The notes: generated by a model from the letters alone, not told the origin. 32,000 nucleotides of DNA from Abditibacteriaceae bacterium (GCA_965277285.1 OZ255721.1:3662737-3694736); one strand, 5' to 3'. Shown: positions 17,301 through 24,812, numbered from the stretch's first letter. Made by a program: numbers and translations.

Positions 17301-18029
17301 CAGGCCGCGAAACGGCGAACCTCTGTGCCACGAAATCGGCGCCGCGCTTTCCTCGCCCGTCATGTGGCGTGGCAAGCGTTCTTCCACCAGGCGCCGCAAG
17401 TGGTTTTCCAGCATTTCCTCGAACTGATCGGGACTGGAAAAACCATGAAACGCCGCTTTGAACGAAGCCTGCGGGTTGCCAAACCAATGATCGATAAACG
17501 CTTCGAGCGCCTTTTTCTGCGCCAATCGGTCGAGCAAAGCTTGCTCGTTGGACAAAGGCGTGAAGGCTTCGCTGGTTTTGCGATAAACCATCAGGTCGGG
17601 CGCGCCGCGTTCCCGGAAAGCGCGCGCCGCGTCTTCAAATTCCCATTCGGTGCCCGAAGAAAACAGCGAACCGTCTTCGCGGTGGAATTGCGACGGCAAG
17701 CGCGTGCCCAGGCGCGACCACAAGATGCAAATCACGATGTCGGTTTGCGACGGCGGAATGATTTGTTCTTGGAAATGGCCGGTCGCGCGCAACGGCTCGT
17801 GTTCCCATAAAATTGGCTCGAGCCGGATGCAACCCGCGAACTCGCCGTTGATGCGCTCCATCACGCGCGTGGCGATGAGTCTTTCCTGACCGACATCGCC
17901 GGGCGACGAAAGAAAGACGCGCAACGTCCGTTCAACAGCGCATTGCGGTGCCGAATCGAGTACTCGATTCGGCGCTTCGGGCGTTGAAGAGGCGATTTCA
18001 GGCTGAGTTTCGGGAGCGGAAATGGACAT
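14370..18029 (-). CDS. DUF4062 (TIR/deoxyribosyltransferase-like) + nSTAND-type P-loop NTPase + single TM helix + TPR-repeat protein (1219 aa)
   Basis: The N-terminus 'RVFLSSPGDVGQER...DIVICILWSRLGT...GTEWEFEDA' resembles DUF4062. 'SPFRGLAVFEPEHAPVFFGR', Walker A 'FGRSGSGKSSLVRAGVLP' (17157-17183) and Walker B 'FFLVLDQLEELW' are typical of nSTAND1-like NTPases. 'RARRIRRVTISSVAAGFFVLVTGFGVFSFGQW' is a predicted TM helix. Six to seven 42-aa TPR units of the form 'AQRDL[AS]VS[YL]EK[IM]GD...YQKSL' follow. Confidence 0.85.
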   Translation of the reverse strand: MSISAPETQPEIASSTPEAPNRVLDSAPQCAVERTLRVFLSSPGDVGQERLIATRVMERINGEFAGCIRLEPILWEHEPLRATGHFQEQIIPPSQTDIVICILWSRLGTRLPSQFHREDGSLFSSGTEWEFEDAARAFRERGAPDLMVYRKTSEAFTPLSNEQALLDRLAQKKALEAFIDHWFGNPQASFKAAFHGFSSPDQFEEMLENHLRRLVEERLPRHMTGEESAAPISWHRGSPFRGLAVFEPEHAPVFFGRTHAIGEIRDILVRRASENCAFTLVFGRSGSGKSSLVRAGVLPTITQPGVIEHIGLWRWSILRAADAISSDANRVLESGETNDLIAGLAASLLDKSALPELRKDGLDERELAALLRQAPERAVAPIRAALKRAAEDTGKREGLDSPPEARFFLVLDQLEELWTLEKIGDNARRSFIEAIAALARSGAVWVVATMRSDFYARCAEVPTLVALKEGSGSYDLLPPTFAEVGQMIRNPSRAAGLRFESDPKTGERLDERLHEAAWRDPEALPLLEFTLDELWQRRTPDNILTFAAYDELGGPEGALARRAEDVFSQLDEDARNALPSVLRCLVTVNDSSTRKQSDAAGMTGQRVPLETLCDTPPRRALVEAFVAARLLVTDCADDGRAVVGVAHEALLRRWPRVQNWLEENRDFLRARDRVAQSAARWKSENQNPDLLLPPGKPLAEAEDILLKRRDDLDANLVEYIESSHRKQSRARRIRRVTISSVAAGFFVLVTGFGVFSFGQWQRAEKQKNLALQAINIWTNTIPDQLKDVPGSLPVLKTIQDTNDQIVDKILRLNPDTPEAQREKALNFERSGSTAVVLGNDAQALQQFNKSFAIFQTLAQQRPSIQAQNDLAASYEKMGDLLVETNDAAGALNAYQKSLQIGLQLSRNGDDREAQRGLSVSYEKIGDAQFLGNQAAQALDSYQKSLAIRETLASNGNALSSTQSQRDLAVSLEKIGVLQLLGGKIGDAQNALGKSLDLRVRLLHQNPTPEAQRDLAIAWKNMGDLRLAQNKAKEALDFDARAAKILTDLSPFSSQARRDLAVIFNKMADVYVAQNDYARAIASYQQGVTTIAELVRSAANERDRTVNTQYLAQVYGALAWAQLLAHRPQDAVVSASRGLQTDASQRWIKVNLAHAYLLSGQNDKAEVLYLENRRVQISAGKTFAQTALDDFKAFRDKKLLSPAQDKEAARIAQLLTQNTL

Positions 18030-18061
18030 CGCAAAAGGTTCGATAAGGTTGTTAAGTCATT

Positions 18062-18142
18062 TCGTAGGGGCGTGGTTTCCCCGTCCTGTCGATGAAGGCA
18101 ATCGGGCAAGGCGATGGGGCGGGAAAACCCCGCCCCTACGAA
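18062..18142. repeat. Imperfect GTAGGGGCG...CGCCCCTAC hairpin element
   Basis: 'tcgtaggggcgtggtttccccg' pairs with 'cgggaaaaccccgcccctacga'. It lies between the RyR-gene stop and the STAND-gene start. Confidence 0.8.
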
Positions 18143-18205
18143 CGGCAGAAATGATACGTTGAAACTCTCACTTTGTCATTCTGACGGGCGTTGATTCTGT
18201 CCTTA

Positions 18206-20101
18206 TCATAACCGGAAAACCTGAAAACCGGCGCGCGCCAGAAATTGCGGCAGTTGGCGCGCCGTTTGGCGGTTCATTTCCTGAACATTTGGCGGCAGCT
18301 GTTCCCACGGCAAAAGGTTGGGATTGGTTTTGCGTGCGGCATCGCGCGCGCCCAGCGTCCAGCCGCCGCTTTGCTGTTCTTGCAGCCAGCGCGCGTGTTC
18401 GCGTTGTGCCATGCGTTCGGTTTCCTCGGGCGTGAAAGCGAACGGTTTGGCTTCCCAATCGGCGATGGGCGCGATGTCGCAACCTTCCAAGCGCAATTGC
18501 GTGCCGATAAAATCGGCCTGGCGTCGGTTCTTTTCCTTGATCAATTCCGACAAATCGTCCCATTGCGCCAGCGCTGGATTGTTTTCGTCCGGCGCCAAAC
18601 GTTTTTGTTCGCGCAGATAATTGTCGTGCAGCGAGCGCGCCAGAACTTCGCTGGTGCCGCCCAACACCAGTTCGGGATGACACGAGTACTCGAGAAGCCC
18701 GAAGGCGCGCAAATCGGCGTTCGATGTTGGCGATGAGTCCACGTCGGTGTTTTTTTCGATGACCGAGTTGCTGATGAGCGCGGCGACGCCGTTGCTTTCT
18801 CCGGTGCGCATCAGGATGGGAACGGTCTTCTGCCAGCCGCGCGTTTCCAAACGGTGGCGCAATAAAAGCGCGGCGCCCAAACCTTGCGCTTCATCGCCTA
18901 CGCAAATGTAAATCGCGCTCAAGTGATGGTTTTTATCGTTATCAAAAAGATCGGCGCTTTGAAACGCCGTCGAACCGATTTGTAAATCGCGCGCCTCGAT
19001 TTCGCACGACGCGAACAATCCCGCGTGACGTTGACGCAACAACTCGCACACCGAAGACGCATCACGATCCACCAGAACGATCTTCAAGACTAGCGCCGTT
19101 GCATTGTTGAGGTTTTCTCGATGTTCCTGCCATTGTTGCACGGCGCGCAAAACGACGCGTTGCGCCAATCGTCCGGCGCCGATTACCAGCAAATACGGCG
19201 CTTGCATCGTTGGTTGAAGCGTCGTCGCGTCCGTTGGCGAAGGTTCCGGCGCTGCGAGCAAAGCACTTGTCCAGGGCGGTTGAGCGGAAAGCAGACCACG
19301 CGCGCCGATGTCGAAGACATCGAAAAGCTGCAAGCGAAAGGCGCTGTTGCCACTCACTTCCCAGCGCCGCAACAAGCGCCACAACTCGGAATCCATGATG
19401 TGCGCCGCGCAGGTGAGAACGTGACCGTTGTCATCCTTTGAGGCGGACATTATGTCGCGTGCATGGGCGATAACGGCGGCGTTGACGGCATCGTCGGAGA
19501 CCGCGAACAAGTATTTGGCGTGAGCGATGCGCGCCGCGCGAAGGGTTTCACGGCGCGTGACATCGCCGATCAAGGCGTAAATGCCGCTTTCTTTGCACGC
19601 CGCCAGCAAGTCGTGGTTCGGCTTGTTTTCGACAACGAGTACTCGATAACCTCTTTCGCGGAACGAGCGCGCCAGCAGCAAACCTTTCTGGCTTAGTCCA
19701 CAAATCACAACGTGATCACGCAAAGCGCGCGACTGCACTTCGCGCACGCGGTCGCGGAAGACGGCGCCAAAGGCTTCAAAGGCCGCGAAGCCAGTCACGA
19801 CCGGCATCAACCAGCGCGCGATTTCCAGCGGCCAAGGTAATGTGCCAATTGTGCTGCCACCGAAACTACGGAACTGAAAGGCCGAATAAAAAACGTCGAT
19901 CAGACGCCGCGACGGGAAAAAAAGATGCAGGCCAATGCAGCCCAGTGTGTAGCCGGTCAGCCATAATCCCAGCAAAACGAACCAGCGCCATTGCTGCCAC
20001 CAAGATGCCACGCGCTGCATCACTTCCTGTCGTCGCGCGGCAGAAGCGCCGCGATTTTTCAGGTTGATGCCACTATTTTGAAGTAAAAGGTTTTCGTTCA
20101 T
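18206..20101 (-). CDS. Membrane protein: 2 TM helices + tandem RCK/TrkA_N Rossmann domains + C-terminal RyR domains
   Basis: The TM segments are 'WRWFVLLGLWLTGYTLGCIGLHLFF' and 'WPLEIARWLMPVVTGFAAFEAFGAVF'. The Rossmann segments are 'HVVICGLSQKGLLLARSFRERGYRVLVVE' and 'YLLVIGAGRLAQRVV'. The C-terminal 'MAQREHARWLQEQQSGGWTLGARDAARKTNPNLLPWEQLPPNVQEMNRQTARQLPQFL' fits the RyR consensus (H..W......GW..G......K..P.L.PW..LP), and a second half-repeat 'LARSLHDNYLREQ...WDDLSELIKEKNRRQADFI' precedes it. The start is uncertain (20101, or 20209 as in the track). Confidence 0.8.
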   Translation of the reverse strand: MNENLLLQNSGINLKNRGASAARRQEVMQRVASWWQQWRWFVLLGLWLTGYTLGCIGLHLFFPSRRLIDVFYSAFQFRSFGGSTIGTLPWPLEIARWLMPVVTGFAAFEAFGAVFRDRVREVQSRALRDHVVICGLSQKGLLLARSFRERGYRVLVVENKPNHDLLAACKESGIYALIGDVTRRETLRAARIAHAKYLFAVSDDAVNAAVIAHARDIMSASKDDNGHVLTCAAHIMDSELWRLLRRWEVSGNSAFRLQLFDVFDIGARGLLSAQPPWTSALLAAPEPSPTDATTLQPTMQAPYLLVIGAGRLAQRVVLRAVQQWQEHRENLNNATALVLKIVLVDRDASSVCELLRQRHAGLFASCEIEARDLQIGSTAFQSADLFDNDKNHHLSAIYICVGDEAQGLGAALLLRHRLETRGWQKTVPILMRTGESNGVAALISNSVIEKNTDVDSSPTSNADLRAFGLLEYSCHPELVLGGTSEVLARSLHDNYLREQKRLAPDENNPALAQWDDLSELIKEKNRRQADFIGTQLRLEGCDIAPIADWEAKPFAFTPEETERMAQREHARWLQEQQSGGWTLGARDAARKTNPNLLPWEQLPPNVQEMNRQTARQLPQFLARAGFQVFRL

Positions 20102-20281
20102 TGAAGAAGAGAAAACGAAAACTTCCGCTTTCAATCCTGTTATTGTGATTAACCAACGGCGCGGCGGCAAGTCAGGAAGGAAACCTTGGCGTTGTCGGTC
20201 TGGTTGCATTCAGAGCGAAAACGGAAACCTGAGAGAAGGTTCAAAAGGTTTTGAACCTGGCTGAATGTAATAATAAATAGA

Positions 20282-20785
20282 ATGGAAAGAATTGTTGTGA
20301 TCGGCTCGGGAGGTTCAGGAAAATCCACCTTGGCCTGTCAGATCGCCAACATTCGTGGTATTAAGGTTGTGCATTTGGATGCATTCTATTGGCGGTCGGG
20401 TTGGGTCGCTACACCTGAAGACGAGTGGCAAAACATCGTTAAAGGTTTGGTCGTGGAAAATTAATGGGTGATGGATGGAAACTTTGGTGGAACTCGTCGA
20501 TTGCGTTTTGAGGCTTCGGATACCATTATTTTTCTTGACTTTACTCGCGCACTTTGTATCCGTCGTGTGTTATGGCGGCGTTGGCGCTACCGAAGCAAAA
20601 CAAGACCTGACATGGGCGCAGGATGTACGGAGAAGATTGATGGGGAATTCCTCAAGTGGATATGGAATTTCCCCAACAACAGCAGGCCAAAGATTATGAA
20701 GGAAATTGAAGACTATAAACAAGGTCGCAATGTCTTCATTTTGCGTCACCCCAATCAAGTGAAACGATTTATAAAGCACCTGTAA
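20282..20785 (+). pseudogene. Adenylate-kinase-like P-loop protein ('topology modulation protein' family) broken by one in-frame TAA
   Basis: 'MERIVVIGSGGSGKSTLA...WQNIVKGLVVEN*WVMDGNFGGTRRLRFEASDTIIFLD' reads through in one frame, and track ORFs 20282..20464 and 20468..20785 share that frame. The TAA is at 20462-20464. Local GC is about 43-48% on two 60-nt lines I counted, against 67% on one line at 16021 (bulk about 60% by eye). Confidence 0.7.
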
Positions 20786-21120
20786 AAGCACCCGCAAGCG
20801 TATACAAGCCATTTTGCTGACAAGGACACCAGAGCAGCAAAGTAACATATTCAACCTTCATGCTTTCGAGTACTCGAGTAGTCTTAAGTGGCACAACTTC
20901 AAGCGGCGGTAGTTTGCACATTGGTGCGGTCGCGGACACGATGTTGCGTGATGTCGTGACTTCGGATTTCAGTGCGCGATTGACGGCGGAAGATTGGAAT
21001 CGCATTCTCGATCCGGTTTGCACAATCGCCTCCGACGAACTATTTTAAAGAATTTTCGCAGGACGCAAGCTCGTATCGAGGCGTCGCGGCACGTCCCGAA
21101 CTGCTACAAAACATAGAGCG

Positions 21121-21411
21121 TTGGGGTACGACACCAATGTGAATCTTTCGACGGGTTTAGCGAACTCGATTGCCGCGATGCGTTCGAGTAGTCGCGTCGC
21201 CTTGCGCGTTGATCCCCAAGCGTTTGCGGTGCAGGTCGAAGGTCAGACGACGCGCGAAAAGAAGTGGAATTGCCGCCATCGTGGTTGCGCGGTTCTCTCA
21301 ACGTGCAAACACATTCTTGCGTTACGAGGACAAATCATAAGTGCGGACGCGACTTCTCACCGCGAAATGCCAAGTGCCTCCGACAACGTTGCGACCACCG
21401 AAGACGAGTAG
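21121..21411 (+). CDS. Possible small SWIM-zinc-finger-like protein or gene remnant
   Basis: 'VQVEGQTTREKKWNCRHRGCAVLSTCKHILAL' loosely resembles the SWIM C-x-C-x(n)-C-x-H signature. It has an alternative start codon, no RBS, and sits in an AT-richer gene-poor stretch. The evidence is weak. Confidence 0.25.
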   Translation: MGYDTNVNLSTGLANSIAAMRSSSRVALRVDPQAFAVQVEGQTTREKKWNCRHRGCAVLSTCKHILALRGQIISADATSHREMPSASDNVATTEDE

Positions 21412-21588
21412 TGGAAAGTTTTGGTGTGAATTGGGACGTTGACATCTCAAAAGAAAGCACGCTTTAGCGGCAGTTGAGAAAACATGCTTTCTTTTTGTTG
21501 CGGTCGTGGTTAGGTATTGTATTAAGGAGTACTCGATTGCGGTTTTTCCTCTATAATGCGGCGACTTTTAGTAAAATGAAGGCGCACT

Positions 21589-22161
21589 ATGAACGAACTT
21601 CCTCTGAAAACGCCCGTTTCCGCCGAACGTTGGGCGCGCATCAAACTTCTCGCGCTCGATGTCGATGGAACGCTGACTGATGGCTCGCTGACTTTCGATG
21701 AAAGCGGGAGTTTGTTGCAGACCTTTCATGTGCGCGATGGTTTTGCGCTGGTTGCGGCGCGCAAAATGGGAATTCAGGTCGCGTGGATTTCGGGACGCGC
21801 GTCGCGTGTTGCGCAAAAGCGTTTCGCTGAATTGAAGCTCCATCATTGTTTGCTCGATTGCGCCGACAAAGCGCAGGCGATGCGCGATTTGCAAAAAGAA
21901 CACGGTTTTTCGCGTGAGGAATGCTGTTTCGTGGGCGACGATTTGCCCGATTTACCAGCCTTTCGAGAATGTGGCATCACCGTCGCCGTCGCCGATTCGG
22001 TAAACGAAGTTTTAGAACGCGCTGATTATATTACGCAAGAACGCGGCGGGCGCGGCGCGGCGCGCGAAGTCGTTGAATTAATTTTGGACGCGCAAGGTCA
22101 TTGGGCGAAACTTGTCAATAGTTACGTTGAAGAAACACAAACCGAAAACTTGCAAAAGTAG
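21589..22161 (+). CDS. kdsC: 3-deoxy-D-manno-octulosonate 8-phosphate phosphatase (HAD-IIIA)
   Basis: 'LLALDVDGTLTDG', 'FHVRDGFAL', 'ISGR', 'FVGDDLPDLPAF...GITVAVADS...ADYITQERGGRGAAREVVELIL' is collinear with E. coli KdsC. Confidence 0.9.
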   Translation: MNELPLKTPVSAERWARIKLLALDVDGTLTDGSLTFDESGSLLQTFHVRDGFALVAARKMGIQVAWISGRASRVAQKRFAELKLHHCLLDCADKAQAMRDLQKEHGFSREECCFVGDDLPDLPAFRECGITVAVADSVNEVLERADYITQERGGRGAAREVVELILDAQGHWAKLVNSYVEETQTENLQK

Positions 22162-22165
22162 ATTT

Positions 22166-22524
22166 GAACCGCCAAGACGCGAAGACACGCAGAGAAGGAA
22201 GAATGAATATCGAGTACTTGAAGTTGCAACTTTGTCATTCTGAGAGGGTGTATAGGAAAGCCGAAAAGCAACAGAAAAAGCTCGAAACTATCAGTTTGGT
22301 CATTCTGAGCGCAGCGAAGAATCTAATTGCAGTTAGATTCTTCGCTGCGCTCAGAATGACCAAACTGATAGTTTAACGGCCCATTTTACAATTCCTATGC
22401 ACCTCTCAGAATGACAAACTGCGAGTTTGACGGTTGTTTGGCTACATCTTTCTATGACTTTCTCCACACAGTGTTACAACAATCCCGATTTTCTCTCCTG
22501 GCGTTTTTGGCGTCTTGGCGGTTC
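22166..22524. repeat. Three-layer nested inverted-repeat structure (~360 bp)
   Basis: Outer arms: 'gaaccgccaagacgc' 22166-22180 with 'gcgtcttggcggttc' 22510-22524. Middle arms: 'tttgtcattctgagagggtgtatagga' 22231-22257 with 'tcctatgcacctctcagaatgacaaa' 22393-22418. Inner arms are a perfect 40-bp pair at 22286-22325 and 22334-22373, containing GTCATTCTGAGCGCAGCGAAGAATCTA. Confidence 0.9.
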
Positions 22525-22669
22525 ACAATTCTCATTATGTCTTCTCAACTTAAAGATGTTTTGGCGGCGGCCTTTATCGCGCTTTGTTTTCTAACCTGGT
22601 TTTGGCACGCGGGCGTTTTGTTTTCTTTTTAAGATCGCTCTGATTTTCGCCTTTTCGAGTACTCGATTC

Positions 22670-24604
22670 ATGTTCTACGCGCGCGATGTGCTGATTTTTA
22701 TTGGATTTCTTGCGGTTCTCGGTCTTTTGTCGTGGCGCGTGTGGCGGCGAGCGGAAACGCTGAGCGGACTGGAATCGGTTGTTCTCACAACGGGTTTTGT
22801 GCTGGGAAGTTGCAGCCTCCTGGTTTGGCTTTGCGGCTTGCTGGTCGGCGTCGGAATGTTGTCGATTGGGTGTTTTCTGGCGCCGTGCAGCGTAGTTTTG
22901 TGGTGGAGCCGCGCGAGTCGACGAACTTCGTCAAGCGCGTTCTGGCGAAAGCTTCCAATTGTCGAAAAGTTGCTGGCGTTTTATCTGGCGGCGGTTTTTG
23001 CCCTCACGTTTGTGTTGTCGCTGGCGCCGCCGGTCGGCAACGATTACGATTCGCTGATGTATCATTTGGCGGCGCCAGCGCAGTATTTGCGGCACGGCAG
23101 AATCGTTCCTCTTGCTTACGATCATCACACGTTTTTTCCGCTGGCGACGGAAATGCTATTCCTGCTCGGCTTGAAACTGAGCGGGCCCGTGTTGGCGAAA
23201 TTGTTTCATTGGCTGATGCTGCCGTTGTGTTGCGCGACGATTCTCGCGGTCGCAGAACGTCAGGGTTCGCGGCGCGCTGGATGGCTGGGAGCGGCGTTGT
23301 TTGCGTCGTTGCCGTTGGTGCAAGTCGAAGCGATAACGGCTTATATTGATCTATCGTTGGTCGCTTTCACTTTACTTTCTGTGTTGTGCTTTCTGCGCTG
23401 GATGAATGAACGTGACAATCGTTGGTTGCTCTTTTGTGGCGTCTTCTGCGGCGTTTGTCTGGGCACCAAATACTTTGGCTTGATTCCCTTTGGCTGGCTT
23501 TTTGTCGCTGCACTCTTCGTAATTTTTCGGCAAAGAAAAGAATTCAAAAAGCCATTCGTCGCGCTGAGTACCTTTGTTGTGGTAGCGCTCGTTGTCGGCG
23601 GCGGATGGTACGCGCGCAACGCCTTATGGACGGGAAATCCGGTTTATCCGTTTGCTTATGGCATTTTCGGCGGGCGCGGCTGGACAAAGCCATTGGCCGA
23701 TGAATATACGCGCTCGGTTTCGGCGTTCGGCTTCGACAAAAGCCCGACCGATTTGGCATGGCTGCCGTGGCGCCTTTCGATGACGCCGCTCAATGTCGCT
23801 GTGAATTTGCAAAATCAGCCCGTTGGACAACCGTTTTGGCCGCTCAACCCCGCGCCGCTCGATTCGAGTACTCACACTGGCTTGTTTGAAGTCAATGGCT
23901 TGCTCGCTAATTCGTTTTTGGGGCCAGCGCTTTTGGCGTTCGGTGCGCCGCTGCTTTTCGCGCGCCGCAAGCCGCGCTGGATCAGTTTCGTTGGCTGGAG
24001 CATTCTCTTTTTCGGGCTAATTTGGACATTCAGCAGCCAGACGATTCGCTATGCTTTGCCACTTTTCGCGCTCATTTGTTGGCCATGCGGCTGGGCAATC
24101 GAACTGTATACAAAACGTTCCGCACTTTTGAAATGGACGACGTGCGGTTTTTTCGTGGCGTGGATTTTGTGGTCTCCTGCGGTCGTGGCGTGGCAAAGTC
24201 GCACAGTCTGGCCAGTTATTATGGGACAACAAACGTCGGACGATTATTTGACGAGACGCGCGCCAGGCTACGCCGCCATGAAGTGCATCAACCAGAAAAC
24301 GCCGCCGAATGCGCGCATCGCGGTTTATGGCGAGCCGCGCTGCTTTTACCTTGAGCGCGATTATTTCTGGGCTGATGCCGCCAACAACACCTTGATCGAT
24401 TACTCCACGATTCACAACGCACGCGATTGGATTAGTGCTTTACGGAAATTGGGCGCAACTCACGTTTTGATTAACCTTGTGCCGGGCGAAAATGCCGGTT
24501 ATGGCGTTGTTCCACCGCAACTGACAGAAGCGCAAACACAAGGTTTGGTACGCGAACTTTTCCACACGCGCAGTTATCTTGTGCTCGAAATTGTGGCGAA
24601 ATGA
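22670..24604 (+). CDS. Polytopic membrane protein, putative GT-C-fold (ArnT/PMT-like) glycosyltransferase
   Basis: There are more than 10 hydrophobic helices. An acidic first-loop motif 'PPVGNDYDSLMYHLAAP' is present, and a soluble C-terminal domain of about 140 aa follows. It is paired with a GT2 polyprenyl-phosphate-sugar-synthase-like gene downstream. The family assignment is tentative. Confidence 0.5.
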   Translation: MFYARDVLIFIGFLAVLGLLSWRVWRRAETLSGLESVVLTTGFVLGSCSLLVWLCGLLVGVGMLSIGCFLAPCSVVLWWSRASRRTSSSAFWRKLPIVEKLLAFYLAAVFALTFVLSLAPPVGNDYDSLMYHLAAPAQYLRHGRIVPLAYDHHTFFPLATEMLFLLGLKLSGPVLAKLFHWLMLPLCCATILAVAERQGSRRAGWLGAALFASLPLVQVEAITAYIDLSLVAFTLLSVLCFLRWMNERDNRWLLFCGVFCGVCLGTKYFGLIPFGWLFVAALFVIFRQRKEFKKPFVALSTFVVVALVVGGGWYARNALWTGNPVYPFAYGIFGGRGWTKPLADEYTRSVSAFGFDKSPTDLAWLPWRLSMTPLNVAVNLQNQPVGQPFWPLNPAPLDSSTHTGLFEVNGLLANSFLGPALLAFGAPLLFARRKPRWISFVGWSILFFGLIWTFSSQTIRYALPLFALICWPCGWAIELYTKRSALLKWTTCGFFVAWILWSPAVVAWQSRTVWPVIMGQQTSDDYLTRRAPGYAAMKCINQKTPPNARIAVYGEPRCFYLERDYFWADAANNTLIDYSTIHNARDWISALRKLGATHVLINLVPGENAGYGVVPPQLTEAQTQGLVRELFHTRSYLVLEIVAK

Positions 24605-24612
24605 ATTTGGCC

Positions 24613-24723
24613 AGTGAATGAATTCGCCGCCAGAGAAAAGTGTTGGCCTACGCCGACGCAATACCATTAAGAGTCGTGTCGGGTTCAGCCCAACACTTTT
24701 CTCTGGCGGCGAATTCATTCACT
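24613..24723. repeat. Perfect 34-bp-arm inverted repeat with 43-nt loop
   Basis: 'agtgaatgaattcgccgccagagaaaagtgttgg' (24613-24646) is the exact reverse complement of 24690-24723. It starts 9 nt after the GT-C gene stop. Confidence 0.9.
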
Positions 24724-24812
24724 AACCATCGTTTCAAGTTCGATTTCATTTATCAGGCGCCTGTTTTTGTTAGGATAGAAAGGACTTTTCGCCGCGAAAA
24801 CGAGAACTTTGC

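Noticed and set aside
14725-17487. Long alternative-frame ORFs inside the STAND gene (14725..15753, 16531..17487, 15703..16386, 16002..16805)
   Set aside because: Their compositions are Arg/Ala/Gly-rich with no motifs. The 1219-aa frame carries coherent Walker A/B, TM and TPR features across the whole span.
21448-21557. Sigma70-like promoter upstream of kdsC (TTGACA at 21448-21453; TATAAT at 21552-21557)
   Set aside because: The two hexamers are about 98 nt apart, so they do not form one promoter. Neither has a properly spaced partner, so I did not annotate a promoter.
22164-22632. ORFs 22164..22376 and 22411..22632 in the kdsC / GT-C spacer
   Set aside because: They are entirely composed of the nested inverted-repeat arms. 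Peptides such as VILSAAKNL and LLAFLASWRF are recurrent translations of these repeat families, not evidence of genes.
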